Made by a program: the position numbers and the translations under genes. From Acidimicrobiia bacterium (GTDB lineage Bacteria > Actinomycetota > Acidimicrobiia > Spongiisociales > Spongiisociaceae), in assembly GCA_041576165.1 (NCBI GenBank), contig JBFGLM010000070.1, positions 1 to 21,370 on the forward strand: a DNA stretch of 21,370 nucleotides. The letters are read 5' to 3'. Positions 8,103-16,352 of this stretch are shown here, piece after piece. The notes beneath the pieces were generated by a model. That model worked only from the letters and a program-made list of their open reading frames with translations, was not told the DNA's origin and made no database searches. Every line of letters starts with the position of its first letter. Position 1 is the stretch's first letter.

Positions 8103-8812
8103 GGCAGGTAATCGACAACGACCACAGTGACGTTGTCGTAGCCGCCGGCCAGGTTGGCGGCGTCGATCAGGCTCCACACCGTTTCTTCGGGTGTGCCTGT
8201 AGAGAGGAGCTCCCGCAGCTTCTCATCCTCCAACATGCTGGTCAGGCCATCCGAGCAAAGCAGAAAACGATCGCCGGCCAGGAGTCGTTCCCGCCGAACG
8301 TCCACGTCGAGATCCCGGCCGAGGCCGAGTGCTCGGGTGAGCATTCCCCGCTGCGGGTGGTGGCGGGCTTCCTGTTCGGTGATCGTTCCGGCCGCAATGT
8401 ACTCCTCGACGACGGAGTGATCGTCGGTCAACCGACGCAGCTCCCCGTCGCGGAACAGGTACGCTCGGCTGTCGCCGACATGTCCGATGGTGACGCGCCC
8501 CAACGGCTCGAGTAGCGCCAGCGTCAACGTTGTGCCCATCCCGGCGAGGCGGGGGTTCTCTAGAACCGCATCGATGATCGCGTGATTGCCGGCCATGATC
8601 CGCTCGGTGGGCGTGAGGTCGCCGTCATCGCTCGTGGCGTGTTCGATCGCAAGACGGCTGGCCACTTCACCGCCGACGTGGCCGCCCATCCCATCGGCCA
8701 CGGCCACGAGCAACGGACCATCGGTCTTGCCGGCACTGGTCGGATGGACCGAGTCCTCGTTGTTGTCCCTTACCCGACCTTGATGGCTGCCCGTCGACCA
8801 GAGGAACTTCAT
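8099..8812 (-). CDS. pstP: PP2C/PPM family Ser/Thr phosphatase, soluble
   Basis: GRVRDNNED, VADGMGGH, GMGTT, HVGDSRAY, LLCSDGL and GGYDNVT; ends directly after the catalytic domain. Confidence 0.93.
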   Translation of the reverse strand: MKFLWSTGSHQGRVRDNNEDSVHPTSAGKTDGPLLVAVADGMGGHVGGEVASRLAIEHATSDDGDLTPTERIMAGNHAIIDAVLENPRLAGMGTTLTLALLEPLGRVTIGHVGDSRAYLFRDGELRRLTDDHSVVEEYIAAGTITEQEARHHPQRGMLTRALGLGRDLDVDVRRERLLAGDRFLLCSDGLTSMLEDEKLRELLSTGTPEETVWSLIDAANLAGGYDNVTVVVVDYLP

Positions 8813-9222
8813 TTGACCTCCAGGACGGTCTTGCCGATCTGCACGGCGTCACCCTGATTGAGATCGATCGGGGTCGTGACCCTGCGGCCGTTGACATACG
8901 TGCCATTCGTGCTGCCCAAATCGTGCAGCACGACGTGACCGCTCTGGTTGAGGAACCTGACGTGGAACTCGGATGCGTACGCGTCGTCGAGCACGAAATC
9001 GGCTTCGTGGCTGCGGCCGACCACCAGCGCGTCTTTGATGGTCAGGTCGGTGCCGGCCTGGCTGTCGGAACGGACGATCACCAACCCCGCCCCGGGCTTG
9101 CGCCGGGTCTTGGCCTGACCGGAACCCAGATGCGCTGCGATTGCCCGGGCTATCTGCCACACGAAGATGTATATGAGCGCAATGAAGATCAGCTTCAATG
9201 CGGTTAGCAGCAGGGCGGGCAT
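8809..9222 (-). CDS. fhaB: Membrane-anchored FHA domain protein FhaB/FipA
   Basis: 137 aa from MPALLLTALK; N-terminal TM; FHA motifs GR, SxxH and DLGSTNGTYVNG. Confidence 0.88.
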   Translation of the reverse strand: MPALLLTALKLIFIALIYIFVWQIARAIAAHLGSGQAKTRRKPGAGLVIVRSDSQAGTDLTIKDALVVGRSHEADFVLDDAYASEFHVRFLNQSGHVVLHDLGSTNGTYVNGRRVTTPIDLNQGDAVQIGKTVLEVK

Positions 9223-9223
9223 C

Positions 9224-9877
9224 TCAACGGACCTCGAAGGTGAAGGGGGTGGCGCCGAGGACGATCGTGTCTCCGGAGAAGACTGCCACGGGTTGGACGG
9301 CGTTGACGCCGTTGACGTAGGTGCCATTGGCCGAGTTCAGGTCGGCTACCCACATCTCTCCCGCTTCCTGCCAGGCGAGGCAGTGGCGCCGGCTGACGCT
9401 GGCGACGGGAACGCGCACGTCGCACTCCTCGGCCCGGCCCACCACGGCCCGATTCACCCTGATGGGAAACGAGTCATTGTTGGACACCAGCTCGGCCCAG
9501 GCCCGGCGGGTGCCCGTCTCGGTGGCGGGCCGAACGGTGAGGCGTCCCGCCTTGACGTCCTCCGACGACTCGAGCCAGACACGGGCGGGTCCGTCGAGGC
9601 GCCAGCCCCGTTCGGATGCGGTGGCTTCGATGGTGGCCTCCAATTCACGATTGAGCCGGTCGGGCTGGGATATCTGGGCGATGTCATTGGGGTTGAGGTG
9701 CAGTGCATACGCGTTGGGCGCGATCGGACCGACCGGTCCGCCGGTGGTGGCGAGGTCGGCCTCTCTGACCAGGCGAGCAGCCATCTCGACCGGATGCAGC
9801 GAACCGCGAAATACCCGGCCGGCGACACCTTCGACGACCTGCTCCAGCCGGCGCTCGATTCCGCGTACGAGTCGCAT
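9224..9877 (-). CDS. fhaA: FhaA (DUF3662 plus FHA domain)
   Basis: N-terminal ERRLE...VEG...F.GSLHPVE...APN (DUF3662-type); C-terminal FHA (GR, VSRRH, DLNSANGTYVNG); first gene of the operon. Confidence 0.9.
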   Translation of the reverse strand: MRLVRGIERRLEQVVEGVAGRVFRGSLHPVEMAARLVREADLATTGGPVGPIAPNAYALHLNPNDIAQISQPDRLNRELEATIEATASERGWRLDGPARVWLESSEDVKAGRLTVRPATETGTRRAWAELVSNNDSFPIRVNRAVVGRAEECDVRVPVASVSRRHCLAWQEAGEMWVADLNSANGTYVNGVNAVQPVAVFSGDTIVLGATPFTFEVR

Positions 9878-9884
9878 ACCCCGC

Positions 9885-9890
9885 AGTCTA
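9885..9890 (-). promoter_or_regulatory. -10 element (TAGACT) of a probably leaderless fhaA operon transcript
   Basis: TANNNT hexamer 7 nt before ATG 9877, with no SD. Confidence 0.55.
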
Positions 9891-10324
9891 CGAGCGGTAC
9901 AGAGTTCGGCTGCGAGTCTCCGAACGTGTCAGGAAGGAACCGAATCGCCGGGCTCATGACTACCCGGCGGCTCGCTGGTATGCGCCCGGTATGGATCAGC
10001 CCCAGCTCTCGGTCAGCCAGACGCGGCCGCTTCTGGATCCGCCGGACGACGACCCGCCCGACTAGGAATGTCCCGGCCAGGATCCTCCCGACCATGGAAC
10101 CTGACACAAGCTGGATGCGCCGCGGAACGGACTGGCTGAGTCCATCAACAACGGCTTCACCTCGTTCGGCCTCAGCTCCGGCCGGTGGTCGAGCAGGGGC
10201 GCAATCCTGAGACAACCTGCGCGGCTTGTGAGGTGCCGGCGGAGAATCGATCGGCCACGACTGGACTGGGCTGCGAACGCGTGGCCAATGCCGGCGTGGG
10301 GCTGATACCATCTCGGCTCCACTC

Positions 10325-10409
10325 GGGCGAGTGGCGGAATTGGTAGACGCGCTGGGTTCAGGACCCAGTGGGCGATAAGCCCGTGGAGGTTCGAGTCCTC
10401 TCTCGCCCA
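10325..10409 (+). tRNA. tRNA-Leu (anticodon CAG)
   Basis: Acceptor GGGCGAG/CTCGCCC with discriminator A, D-loop GGAATTGGTAGAC, anticodon arm CTGGG-TTCAGGA-CCCAG, long variable arm, T-loop GGTTCGAGTCC. Followed by CCC, so CCA is not fully encoded. Candidate -10 TACCAT at 10306-10311. Confidence 0.97.
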
Positions 10410-10411
10410 CC

Positions 10412-10435
10412 CGTTGTGATTTCGACAACGTTTCT
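10412..10435 (+). terminator. Probable tRNA terminator hairpin
   Basis: CGTTGT (10412-10417)/ACAACG (10425-10430) followed by TTTCT. Confidence 0.45.
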
Positions 10436-10713
10436 CCAGGTCGGACCTTAGGTCCGGCTACCGATCGCTCACCGACCATATCGCGCTCTTTCAAATCAAT
10501 GCGGTCTGTTCAGCCTCGAGGGTGCCCTCTAGATCGAATATCACCGAGGCACCGGCGGTGGCGAGGACATCTGCTCGTCGGAATCGGGACGAGGCGCCGC
10601 GGGAATGTCCGTTCACCTGAACGGGCTGTCCCAACGGTCTTGGATGCGACGACCGGTGAGTAGGCTCCGAGAGGAGCGTGATCTCGTTACTCCGAGAGAG
10701 AGCACACAGACGC

Positions 10714-12048
10714 ATGATCATTCGACTGAGGTTCATCCAGGAGAAGTTGAGGAGCAGCCTCTTCTACACGCCTATGGTTCTCACAATGGTCGGCTTGGGA
10801 CTTGGCCAACTATTCCTATGGGTGGACGAGCAAGTCACGGGCCTCCCGACCGGCCTGACGGCGACCGTCGACAGCGCCCGAGCAGTGTTGGGCGTGATCG
10901 GGGGCGCCACTATCGCGTTCGCAGGCATCGCGTTCTCTGTAAGCCTTTTGCTCATCTCGCTGTCCTCGAGTCAGTACTCACCCCGTGTTGTCCACGGGCT
11001 GTTTCGCGATCCGTTCAACAAGCGCGTCATGGGCGTTGTGATCGGGACGTTCACCTACTGCCTGGTCGTGCTACGCGCGGTGCGCAGTCCTCTCGAGGAT
11101 GGCGGGAATGCCGTCATCCCGAGCCTCTCGATCGCAGTGGCAGTGCTCCTCGGTGTCGCCACGCTCCTTACGATCGTCGGCTTCATCAGTCACGCCGCCC
11201 ACTCCATGGACATTTCGAAGATCCTGCATGGCGTCACCGAGGCGGCGATCGCGGGAGTGTCGGCCCAGTGGGGGGAGGGTGGCGACGCCGGTGCTGCCTG
11301 CGAGGAAACCGCCGGGGAGATTGCGCCGGACGACGCCTTTGTGGTCACCTTCGACCGGCGCGGGTGGGTGCAGCAGGTCGATCGCAACGCCCTTCTCGAG
11401 GCGCTCGAACCCGGCGCGACGATGTGGCTTGACACCGTCGCCGGCCGCTACGCGATCGTGGCGACGCCGCTGTGCCAGATCGCGCCGGCCCCATCTGATT
11501 CGGAGGTGGTCGAGCGTCGAGTCCGTGACGCCGTCGGCGTCGGACAAACGCGGACCGCCCAGGACGATGCCACCTACGGCGTGCGCCAGCTTGCCGACGT
11601 GGCGCTCAAGGCACTCTCGCCGGGCATCAACGACCCGACAACGGCCCAGGACGCAATCTTCCACTTGGGTGCGCTCCTTCGGGAACTGCTCGTCCGAAAT
11701 GCTCCCTCTCGTCGACTCTCTGGCGAGGAGGGTCGCGAGCTCCTCATGCCACAGGTCTGGACGCACGCCGAGCTTGTAGAGCTGGCGTTCGACGAGATCC
11801 GCTTGGCGTCGGCAGCGATGCCCACCGTGCAGATCTACCTCCTCGAGATCTTGCACCTGCTCACGAGGTCGATCGTTCCGGCGGCGAGTAACGAAGCGGT
11901 GGCCGCATTGGTGCGTCAAGCCGATCTCGTTCTCGAGGTCAGTGAGATGGCTGATCTTCCCGCGCTCGACCACGAGCGAGTTCGATCTGCCCACCGTGAT
12001 CGCTTCGAGTCAACGGCATCGCGGCTGAGCGTTCAGTCGATCCCTTGA
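10714..12048 (+). CDS. DUF2254 family predicted membrane protein
   Basis: Four N-terminal TMs; SSQYSPRV, GTFTY and RQLADVALKALSPGINDPTTA. Start ATG 10714 preferred; GTG 10678 is the alternative. Confidence 0.88.
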   Translation: MIIRLRFIQEKLRSSLFYTPMVLTMVGLGLGQLFLWVDEQVTGLPTGLTATVDSARAVLGVIGGATIAFAGIAFSVSLLLISLSSSQYSPRVVHGLFRDPFNKRVMGVVIGTFTYCLVVLRAVRSPLEDGGNAVIPSLSIAVAVLLGVATLLTIVGFISHAAHSMDISKILHGVTEAAIAGVSAQWGEGGDAGAACEETAGEIAPDDAFVVTFDRRGWVQQVDRNALLEALEPGATMWLDTVAGRYAIVATPLCQIAPAPSDSEVVERRVRDAVGVGQTRTAQDDATYGVRQLADVALKALSPGINDPTTAQDAIFHLGALLRELLVRNAPSRRLSGEEGRELLMPQVWTHAELVELAFDEIRLASAAMPTVQIYLLEILHLLTRSIVPAASNEAVAALVRQADLVLEVSEMADLPALDHERVRSAHRDRFESTASRLSVQSIP

Positions 12049-12534
12049 TCGTCGAACAGACATCGGCCCGGAACGGTGACGCTGGATGCGGCGTGCCACT
12101 CACGGCGAGAGCTTCCGCAACGTCAGACGGTGGTTGATCGACACGGGCACCACACTGGGTCGGGCTGAAGACCGGACTGCGGCCATCTCCGAAGAGTCGG
12201 CGGGACACGCGCTACGAAATGGCATCCCGGCCGCTGCGACGACCGAGATGTGCCGTGCGGCGGATGTCGAACGTGGCGGCGAGCTCGGCCGTCGTGGAGC
12301 CGGATGCTCGTCGCTCAACATGGTCAACCTCGACTCGTGCCGACCGGGCGCAGTCGTCGGGATGAAATCGATGCTCCGTATCTGGGGATCGGGCGGATCA
12401 TCGCGGTGGGGTCGATGCTGAACTTCGCCCATTCGAGGCTGGCGTGCGTCCGTTCGCCGGCGATGACCCCATTGATGCCGAGGCGGAAACGGCCAAAGCC
12501 AACCCCGGCAACGGCGCCGGTCCGTTTAAGCCGC

Positions 12535-13098
12535 TCACACGGATCCGGTCGGCTCCGGTTGCGTGACCTGGCGATGACTGGCCAGCGCCGCGGCGAGAAT
12601 CTCAGCGCGATATGCCCGTATCTCTTCGGATGTCAGGGTGCGGACGGGGCGCCACAATACGCCGGCCGCGACGGCCGCTTTGACCCGCTCCGATGCGACG
12701 TCCGATTCGCCGCACATGACTTCCACCAGCATTGAATGAACTGCGAGCAGGCGTTCACCGAAGGGATGCCGGTCGTGGACGCCCCGGTCGGCATCGACCC
12801 AGGCGGCCACGTGGTGGTGCTTGATCAGCACATCTAGGAAGTCGCCGACGATCTCATAGACGCCATCCGGCCACGCTCGGTCCCGCTCCGGTCGGAAGAC
12901 ACCTTCGAGTTCTCCCAGCAGCGGTTCGACCAACTCGGCGAGGATCGCCTCCTTGGACTCGAAGTGGAAGCTCACGGCCGCCTTGGAAACTCCGGCACCG
13001 GCTGCGATCTGCGAAACGGGGGTGCCGTCGAACCCATGCCGGGCGAACAACTCCTGCGCAGTTCTCAGCACCAGATCTCTTCGAGAACCCTCACCCAT
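12535..13098 (-). CDS. TetR/AcrR family transcriptional regulator
   Basis: 187 aa from MGEGSRRDL; AQELFARHGFDGT...IAAGAGVSKAAVSFHFESKEAIL HTH. Confidence 0.9.
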   Translation of the reverse strand: MGEGSRRDLVLRTAQELFARHGFDGTPVSQIAAGAGVSKAAVSFHFESKEAILAELVEPLLGELEGVFRPERDRAWPDGVYEIVGDFLDVLIKHHHVAAWVDADRGVHDRHPFGERLLAVHSMLVEVMCGESDVASERVKAAVAAGVLWRPVRTLTSEEIRAYRAEILAAALASHRQVTQPEPTGSV

Positions 13099-13105
13099 AC
13101 ACTTC

Positions 13106-13137
13106 AGGCTACCACTTGACGTACGGCCAGTCAGGTG
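13106..13137. promoter_or_regulatory. TetR promoter and candidate operator palindrome
   Basis: Minus strand CTGACT-17 nt-TAGCCT-7 nt-ATG. Inverted repeat CACTTGAC (13113-13120)-N9-GTCAGGTG (13130-13137), one mismatch, overlaps it. Confidence 0.6.
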
Positions 13138-13204
13138 CCTGTCAGCATGTCTGAGGCATACTCGAACTACAAGATCAGGAAAGCACAGATCCCTGGAGGG
13201 TCGC

Positions 13205-13567
13205 ATGAAACATGCAGATTCGGTATCGGGTGGAGGATTCCTCCCCAAGGCGACGCGGCAACAGCCGGGCGCACCCTCGATGCGGGGTTCCCCGCAGCGG
13301 AAGGTTGAAGCGCTGCTGGTGTCCGGCATCGCGATTGTCGCCGTTTCCGCCGCCGCGTACGGCCTGTGGTACGCATATCGCCTGCTCGAAGGCGTGTTCT
13401 CGCAGGCTTTGTTGCCGGTTCCGACCGCACTGTTCCCCGCCACGGCAATTGCCGTGATCGTGGGCGCAGTCGCGGCAGTGGCTGGGTTCGTGATGCGTCG
13501 GAGCGGCGTACCCAAACGGTCGTCGACCATCGACCAGCACCCAGAGGAATACGGCCGCGCCGCGTAG
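13205..13567 (+). CDS. Hypothetical small membrane protein (2 TM)
   Basis: GGAGG SD at 13195-13199; 120 aa with two hydrophobic helices; divergent from TetR and followed by a strong hairpin. Confidence 0.65.
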   Translation: MKHADSVSGGGFLPKATRQQPGAPSMRGSPQRKVEALLVSGIAIVAVSAAAYGLWYAYRLLEGVFSQALLPVPTALFPATAIAVIVGAVAAVAGFVMRRSGVPKRSSTIDQHPEEYGRAA

Positions 13568-13580
13568 CCGGAGCACTCGT

Positions 13581-13620
13581 GTGGCTGGCGGCCAGCCTAT
13601 CCAGGCTGGCCGGTAGCCAC
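13581..13620. terminator. Strong hairpin between converging genes, likely a bidirectional terminator
   Basis: GTGGCT-GG-CGGCCAGCCT-ATCC-AGGCTGGCCG-GT-AGCCAC: 16 Watson-Crick pairs and no U tract. Confidence 0.7.
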
Positions 13621-13727
13621 TGGTGTGGGGGGCATGCCGCTGCGGCGCCGTGGAAGTGAGTCCCGTTGTAATGCCGGAGCCGGCAAGCCCCCGCTGAGCC
13701 ACTGTCGGGCCGCAGCGCCATATCACG

Positions 13728-14627
13728 TCACCAACTGATCTCGGCGCAGCCCTCGTGCGATTCGGGCTCGACCTGCAATGTGGCGTGGGCTACTCCGGCG
13801 GCATGGAGTATCGATCGTGCCTGGTCCAGTACCGGGTGGGGATCGGTGTCGTCGCGGGTCATCAGATGCACCGTTGCGACGTCCATCTCCGAGGTGAGGG
13901 TCCATATGTGCAGGTCGTGCACATCGATGACCTCAGGGATCTCCCTCAGCCGAATCGCCAGCTCGTCGAGGTCGACATGGTCTGGAGCGGCCTGAACCAG
14001 TATCCGCACGGCCCGCCGGGCAAGCCGCCAGGCCCTTGGGAGTATGAACAGCCCGATGGCCGCTCCGACGATCGGATCAATGATCGTCCAATCGGTCAGC
14101 CAGATGATCACGGCCGCGGCTAGGACGCCGATCGAACCGATGAGGTCGGCCACGACTTCCAGGTAAGCGCCTTCGACGTTGAGAGACTCGTCGGCGCCCT
14201 TTCTCAACAGCCTCCACGCAACCACGTTGACGGCCAGCCCGGCAACGGCCACGACGGTCATCGGACCCGTGAGGATTACCGGTGGCGTGTCGATGCGCTG
14301 GATGGCTTCGTAGAGGACGTATCCGGCCACGGCGAACAGAAGCACCGCATTTCCCAGGGCGGCGAGGATCTCGGCCCGGTAGAGACCGTATGTATTGCGG
14401 GTGGCGTCGGTGCCGCGATTGGCTGCCACGATCGCGGCGAGGGCCATACCGAGCCCGAGCGCGTCCGTGGCCATGTGGCCGGCGTCAGAGATCAGCGCGA
14501 GTGACCCGGTGAACCAGCCGGCCACCGCTTCGACCACCATGAACGTCGCCACCAAGACGAACGCGATCGTCAACGGTTTGAGGTGCCGGCGGCCCGCCCG
14601 GATGCTGTGGTCGTGGGCTCCAGTCAA
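13728..14627 (-). CDS. czcD: Cation diffusion facilitator (Zn/Co/Cd efflux, CzcD/ZitB-like)
   Basis: SLALISDAGHMATD, TYGLYRAEILAAL, VHDLHIWTLTS and HATLQVE; TTG start with AGAGG upstream. Confidence 0.9.
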   Translation of the reverse strand: MTGAHDHSIRAGRRHLKPLTIAFVLVATFMVVEAVAGWFTGSLALISDAGHMATDALGLGMALAAIVAANRGTDATRNTYGLYRAEILAALGNAVLLFAVAGYVLYEAIQRIDTPPVILTGPMTVVAVAGLAVNVVAWRLLRKGADESLNVEGAYLEVVADLIGSIGVLAAAVIIWLTDWTIIDPIVGAAIGLFILPRAWRLARRAVRILVQAAPDHVDLDELAIRLREIPEVIDVHDLHIWTLTSEMDVATVHLMTRDDTDPHPVLDQARSILHAAGVAHATLQVEPESHEGCAEISW

Positions 14628-14910
14628 CGAAGGCCTCTGCGGTCGTGGCTATGGCATCCGGCGCTCGAACGCAGCCCACAGCGAGCCTCGCGACGCTCAG
14701 CTCGGCCACCGATCAGCCGCCCGACATTGGGATCCATACCCCAACGATATCGGCACGCCGCCTTTTCGCATCAGTCTCGCATTCGCTCGCTCGTCGCCCC
14801 CTGCGACCGAACGTCAACTCGGCCGAACCGTGTGCCAACCCAGGGAGCGCGCGGCGAGGACTTCTCAAGGGCGGAAAGGCACTCTGCCCAGTTGCGCCCG
14901 GTGCGATCCG

Positions 14911-15816
14911 CTAGGCGTCGAGAACTGATTGCCGCACGCCAGCGAGGCGAGCAATCGAGGCGAGAGCGTCTGATTGATCTTCGGCGATCTGGCGCACCTC
15001 GACCTCGTCGAAACCCTCCCGGGCCAGCATCCGCAATTTGTCGGCGACCTCGGTGACCGTGCCAACGACGAGCACTGCCGGGTCAAAGCCTCGATACCCG
15101 GCGGCGGTTGCTCGGGTCAGTATGCGGTCTGCTTCGGCGCGATCGCCGGCGACGTGGACATCCCGCCGCACGACAACTGCTCCTGGTTCCCGGTCGTGCC
15201 GTTTACACGCTATGCGGTAGCCGTCGGCCAGTGCCATGGCGTGCTCCGTCGACAGGTCGGGGCCGCCGACCCAGCCGTCGGCCATACGAGCCGCCCGGTC
15301 CAAAGCCTGGTCCGAATGCCCGGCCAGCCACACCGTCACCGGTTCGGGCGCGACCGGCGAGATCTTTGCCTTCTCTATGGGGTACGGCTCGGAAGTCGAA
15401 ACCTCTTCGCCGGATAGCAGGCGGCGGATGATGTCGACTCCGGTCTCGAACCGTCGGACGCGGTCACGCAGTCGCACTCCCATCGCGCCGAACTGCGCCC
15501 CACCGCCCAGTGCGACCTGAAGGATGAACCGCCCTCGGGCAATCGCGGCCAGGGTCGCGACCTGCTCGGCTAGCAGCACCGGATGCCACAGCGGCACCAG
15601 ATGGAGTGTCCCGGCCGTGCGCGGCCACTCGGCCAGCAGACGGCCGAGCATGGGTGTGTTCTGGAAGTAGCCCGTCGCGACGGAGTGATGGTCGCCGAGA
15701 TACAGCGCGTCGAGCCCGGCCTCGCGGGCGGCGATGGTGCGTTCCACCATCGCCTCCGCTCCGCCCCTGGGATCGTTGTACCGGTAGCGACTGAGTAACG
15801 AAACGCTCAGCCGCAT
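14911..15816 (-). CDS. Luciferase-like (LLM class) flavin/F420-dependent oxidoreductase
   Basis: AGLDALYLGDHH, PLWHPVLLAEQVATL...GRFIL and ALDRAARMADGW. Confidence 0.9.
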   Translation of the reverse strand: MRLSVSLLSRYRYNDPRGGAEAMVERTIAAREAGLDALYLGDHHSVATGYFQNTPMLGRLLAEWPRTAGTLHLVPLWHPVLLAEQVATLAAIARGRFILQVALGGGAQFGAMGVRLRDRVRRFETGVDIIRRLLSGEEVSTSEPYPIEKAKISPVAPEPVTVWLAGHSDQALDRAARMADGWVGGPDLSTEHAMALADGYRIACKRHDREPGAVVVRRDVHVAGDRAEADRILTRATAAGYRGFDPAVLVVGTVTEVADKLRMLAREGFDEVEVRQIAEDQSDALASIARLAGVRQSVLDA

Positions 15817-15835
15817 CGAAAGGCCGCGTCCGTGC

Positions 15836-16339
15836 TCACCCGGTCTCGTCGATCAGTTTGCTGCCGTACATCTCGCCGAGTGGATCGGCGATCAGTTCGA
15901 TCCGTGCCCCATCGGGATCCGAGAAATACATAGAGACCTCGCTCTCCAGCATGTATTCGATCCCAGCATCGTCGAGCTTGGCGCGGAGCCGCTGCCACCT
16001 ATCCGGCTCAACGGAAATCGCTATGTGGTGCAAGCCTCCGAGCACCTCTGCGTACGGGCTCAGGTCCAACCCTGGGAAGTCGAAGAAAGCCAGCGTGTTG
16101 CCGTTTCCCAGGCTGAAAAAGAAGTGGTTCGACCCCTTGTAGTCGCGATTCTCGAAGATCTCGAGCATGGGGAATTCGAGCAGTTCTTGATAGAACTGTA
16201 CGGTCCGTTCCACGTTGGAAGACAGCAAGGCAACGTGGTGTATGCCTCGTGCCGATGACGGGGAGTCAGCCTGCGTGAGGTACGCGTCGGCGATCCGTTT
16301 CCTTTCGCGCTCGATCTTCTCCAGGTCGATGGCCGTCAT
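15836..16339 (-). CDS. VOC (glyoxalase/bleomycin resistance/dioxygenase) family protein
   Basis: 167 aa from MTAIDLEK (SD AAGGAG); GIHHVAL, FYQELL, GLHHIAI and SMYFSDPDGARIEL. Confidence 0.9.
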   Translation of the reverse strand: MTAIDLEKIERERKRIADAYLTQADSPSSARGIHHVALLSSNVERTVQFYQELLEFPMLEIFENRDYKGSNHFFFSLGNGNTLAFFDFPGLDLSPYAEVLGGLHHIAISVEPDRWQRLRAKLDDAGIEYMLESEVSMYFSDPDGARIELIADPLGEMYGSKLIDETG

Positions 16340-16352
16340 GCTGCTCCTTTGC

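Noticed and set aside
10385-10411. att-site duplication of the tRNA 3' end elsewhere in the window
   Set aside because: Only short TTCGAGT matches (near 12004 and 12904) were seen, and there is no integrase.
9454-10494. 346-aa minus-strand ORF spanning the tRNA
   Set aside because: Contains VGERGLEPPR, the classic antisense translation of a tRNA, and overlaps fhaA out of frame.
10491-10620. Minus-strand fragment RADVLATAGASVIFDLEGTLEAEQTALI
   Set aside because: May be a gene remnant, but it is too short and has no identifiable motif or credible start.
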